Positions 53,187 through 55,407 of a stretch of 55,407 bases of DNA are shown piece after piece; the first letter of the stretch is position 1, and the number at the start of each line of letters is the position of its first letter. Below the pieces are notes generated by a model, which was given only the letters and a program-made list of their open reading frames with translations, was not told where the DNA came from and did no database searches. The stretch is taken from contig KZ537962.1 of assembly GCA_000934665.2 (NCBI GenBank), forward strand, positions 186,001 to 241,407. Direction: 5' to 3'. This DNA comes from Catajapyx aquilonaris (lineage: Eukaryota). The position numbers were made by a program, and so were the translations under genes.

Positions 53187-54092
53187 TGAGGGTGGTTCAG
53201 TAAATAACCTTACGAGTTGATTTACAAATTTGTACTATCTATACATTATGTGAACTATTCTTGCTGTAGGTGGTACGGCCATTCGTGTAGTAGGTATGGA
53301 GTGTTTCAGATCCACCATGTGACACTAGGTAGTCAAGTGACAGCTATTTGAAGTTGGCGGCCCCACTGGAGGTGTGCACCAGAGAAGAGGAGTTGGATTT
53401 TGGGGAAGACGAGAGTCGCCATTCCTTGCTGGAATGTTTAGTTCTGGCTGGAAGTGATGCACCCAGCATTCATCGCCAGTCTCCATGCAACGCAAAAAGT
53501 CTTCTTCCTCCTCCTCGTAAAGTCTGAGCAGCGTTGCACACTCATCGACAAGCAGTTCCTTCAATTCATGTGGCAATTGCCTGGGAACCCATCTGGCCGA
53601 CACTTTTGCTTATCTCAGTTGCTCGGGTATGATGACCTCAATTGACCCAACACTCCCACCATTCACACTGATGCGTTGGTCTTGACAAATAAGCACATCT
53701 GCGGCAGCTAGTCTCGTCCGTGACATCAGTGTGCGAGCGACCAGATCGTCGGGTGTCCAGCAGACTTGTCAAGCCTCCTGGGAACTTCCACGCCCATTCA
53801 TACACCTGCTGTAGTGATATGCAGGCACTACCATACTGTGCCTTCATCCGACGGTGAATGTCTGTGGGTTGCACACCTTCACTGGCAAGGAAACCGCTGC
53901 TCTTCTCTGGTGCACACCTCCAGTGGGGCCGCCATCTTCAAATAGCTGTCACTTGACTACCTAGTGTCACATGGTGGAACTGAAACACTCCATACCTACT
54001 ACACGAATGGCCGTACCACCTACAGCAAGAATAGCTCACATAACGTATAGTACAAATTTGTAAATCATCTCGTAAGGTTATTTACTGAACCA
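53187..54092 (-). mobile_element. Mariner derivative with about 200-bp inverted repeats (3' end replaced by an inverted 5' end)
   Basis: Decayed transposase MAAPLEVCTRE..., MQPTDIHRRMKAQYG...RSGR, SARWVPRQL, TGDECWVHHFQPE. Positions 53192-53388 are the reverse complement of about 53902-54092, including the first codons. Confidence 0.9.
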
Positions 54093-54979
54093 TTAACATT
54101 TGGCCATCCATCCATTTGGCCATAAAAACCAATTTACTGGCACACTTTGAATACCGTACCACGAATGTAGCTTTTGTCATATCCATTTCCAATACAGCAT
54201 AAACTTTTCCTTGCTCAGTGCAGCCAACTCGGCTGCTGAGCCACTAAATGTCTAATCAATCTATCATTCAATCAATCCAGTTTCCCTCCAATCAGCAGGA
54301 CAAAGAAGTATCATATATTACACATTTTAAGGTTAGGTCCAATGTCAAATAAGAGGTTGTTTACATCAACGATATTGCAGTAGTCCATCACTACTGTAGA
54401 GGAGCAATTAACAACAATTATTTCTCTCTCTTATTTGCCATTCAAGCAGACATAACTGCAGAATTTGGCTGATTCTCATATGGTCACCAGGTCCCTTGTT
54501 GGTGAGTGGAAGCACTTTATAGGGGGAGACCAGGGCACAGTGGTCCTTTCCATTTTAAAAATATAAGAAACCGGAATAATGTCTTCATCTGGTACCTCAT
54601 GAAACAGGTCACTATTGTGCATCTTGCCAACATGACAGCCACCTGTGAGATGCCTACGATCCTGCTGTATCATCTCTATCTCTATAAATAAGGAAGCTTC
54701 ATTGTTAGTTTGGATGTTTGTCCCTTATAGAAATCCAGGGGAAGGCCCCTACACCGCCTTAAATTAGCATATCGGGGGTTACTTTTTCCAAGGAATCTAA
54801 CGCCGCATGTTTCAGCTTCCGAAAATGTACCTAACTCCCACAACACGCATATTCCTGCCTCAACAATTAGCTTACAATAATAACAATAAATCAATTTGCA
54901 TTCCCATGGAAATGCATATCTTTTTTTTTAGCTATTTACCTCCCTGCATCGTGCCGCAGGGAGGGAACCTTTATTTCGT

Positions 54980-55240
54980 CTTGATGGAACCTTTTTGACG
55001 TAGCGCCCGGGCCCACGGGCAGGGTAACTGGGAGGGTACGTGCAAGGTGCAAGTGCAATTCTCAAACGATATATTTTGTGAACTCACCCGGGTGGATTAG
55101 TCTGAGGAGATTCCACCCGAAACGAAGCCAGAGACGACCCAACTCTGCACGGGATCAAGGAGGGAACCCCGGGTAGGAATCGAACCCGGAACCTTAACAT
55201 CCGTGGGAGCATATGTTTCCGCAGCGCCACTTTGTCTCCC
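54980..55240 (-). mobile_element. tRNA-derived SINE, diverged and 3'-truncated relative of the copy at 52727
   Basis: The reverse complement shares CCCACGGATGTTAAGGT.CCGGGTTCGAT, CGTGCAGAGTT, TTCGT.TCGGGTGG, AGACTAA.CCACCC and TTGCACTTGCAC with the + strand copy. Confidence 0.85.
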
Positions 55241-55407
55241 CTAGGAAATGCCCTTATGCCACAATACCTAGCAAATTAAACCATCTCCGTAAATTCAGCG
55301 CATCCACCACTTACGCTAATTGGCCACCTCACGTGACTTCGTATCTTATGGTAATTCCGGGATTTTGTGGGATTAGAAAGTAGACTTCCAGACAAAGTAA
55401 ATACAAT

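Overview
This window is eukaryotic and most likely arthropod (pancrustacean) genomic DNA, not prokaryotic, so the ORF track only shows pieces of spliced genes. I rebuilt seven protein-coding genes by hand from GT-AG junctions and frame continuity. In order: a pancreatic-lipase-family gene (+, 5' end not seen); a 13-exon DNMT3 (-, PWWP-ADD-MTase, about 1132 aa); an unrecognised 6-exon secreted polycationic/Cys-rich/mucin-tail gene (+, about 305 aa); mTERF5-like (+); the glial homeobox gene repo (-); an SSADH/ALDH5A1 with an intronless CDS (-); and the 3' part of ACOT9 (-). Introns and intergenic DNA hold mariner derivatives, several MITEs or foldbacks, tRNA-derived SINEs and microsatellites. 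The most notable observations are the DNMT3 with intact catalytic motifs but a remodelled CpG-recognition (TRD) loop and an acidic tail, the hidden polycationic secreted protein, a 47-nt tailless tRNA/SINE-head insertion with a perfect 17-bp target-site duplication, and two independent mariners whose 3' end was replaced by an inverted 5' end. All comparisons are by eye and from memory of the families. No database searches were run.
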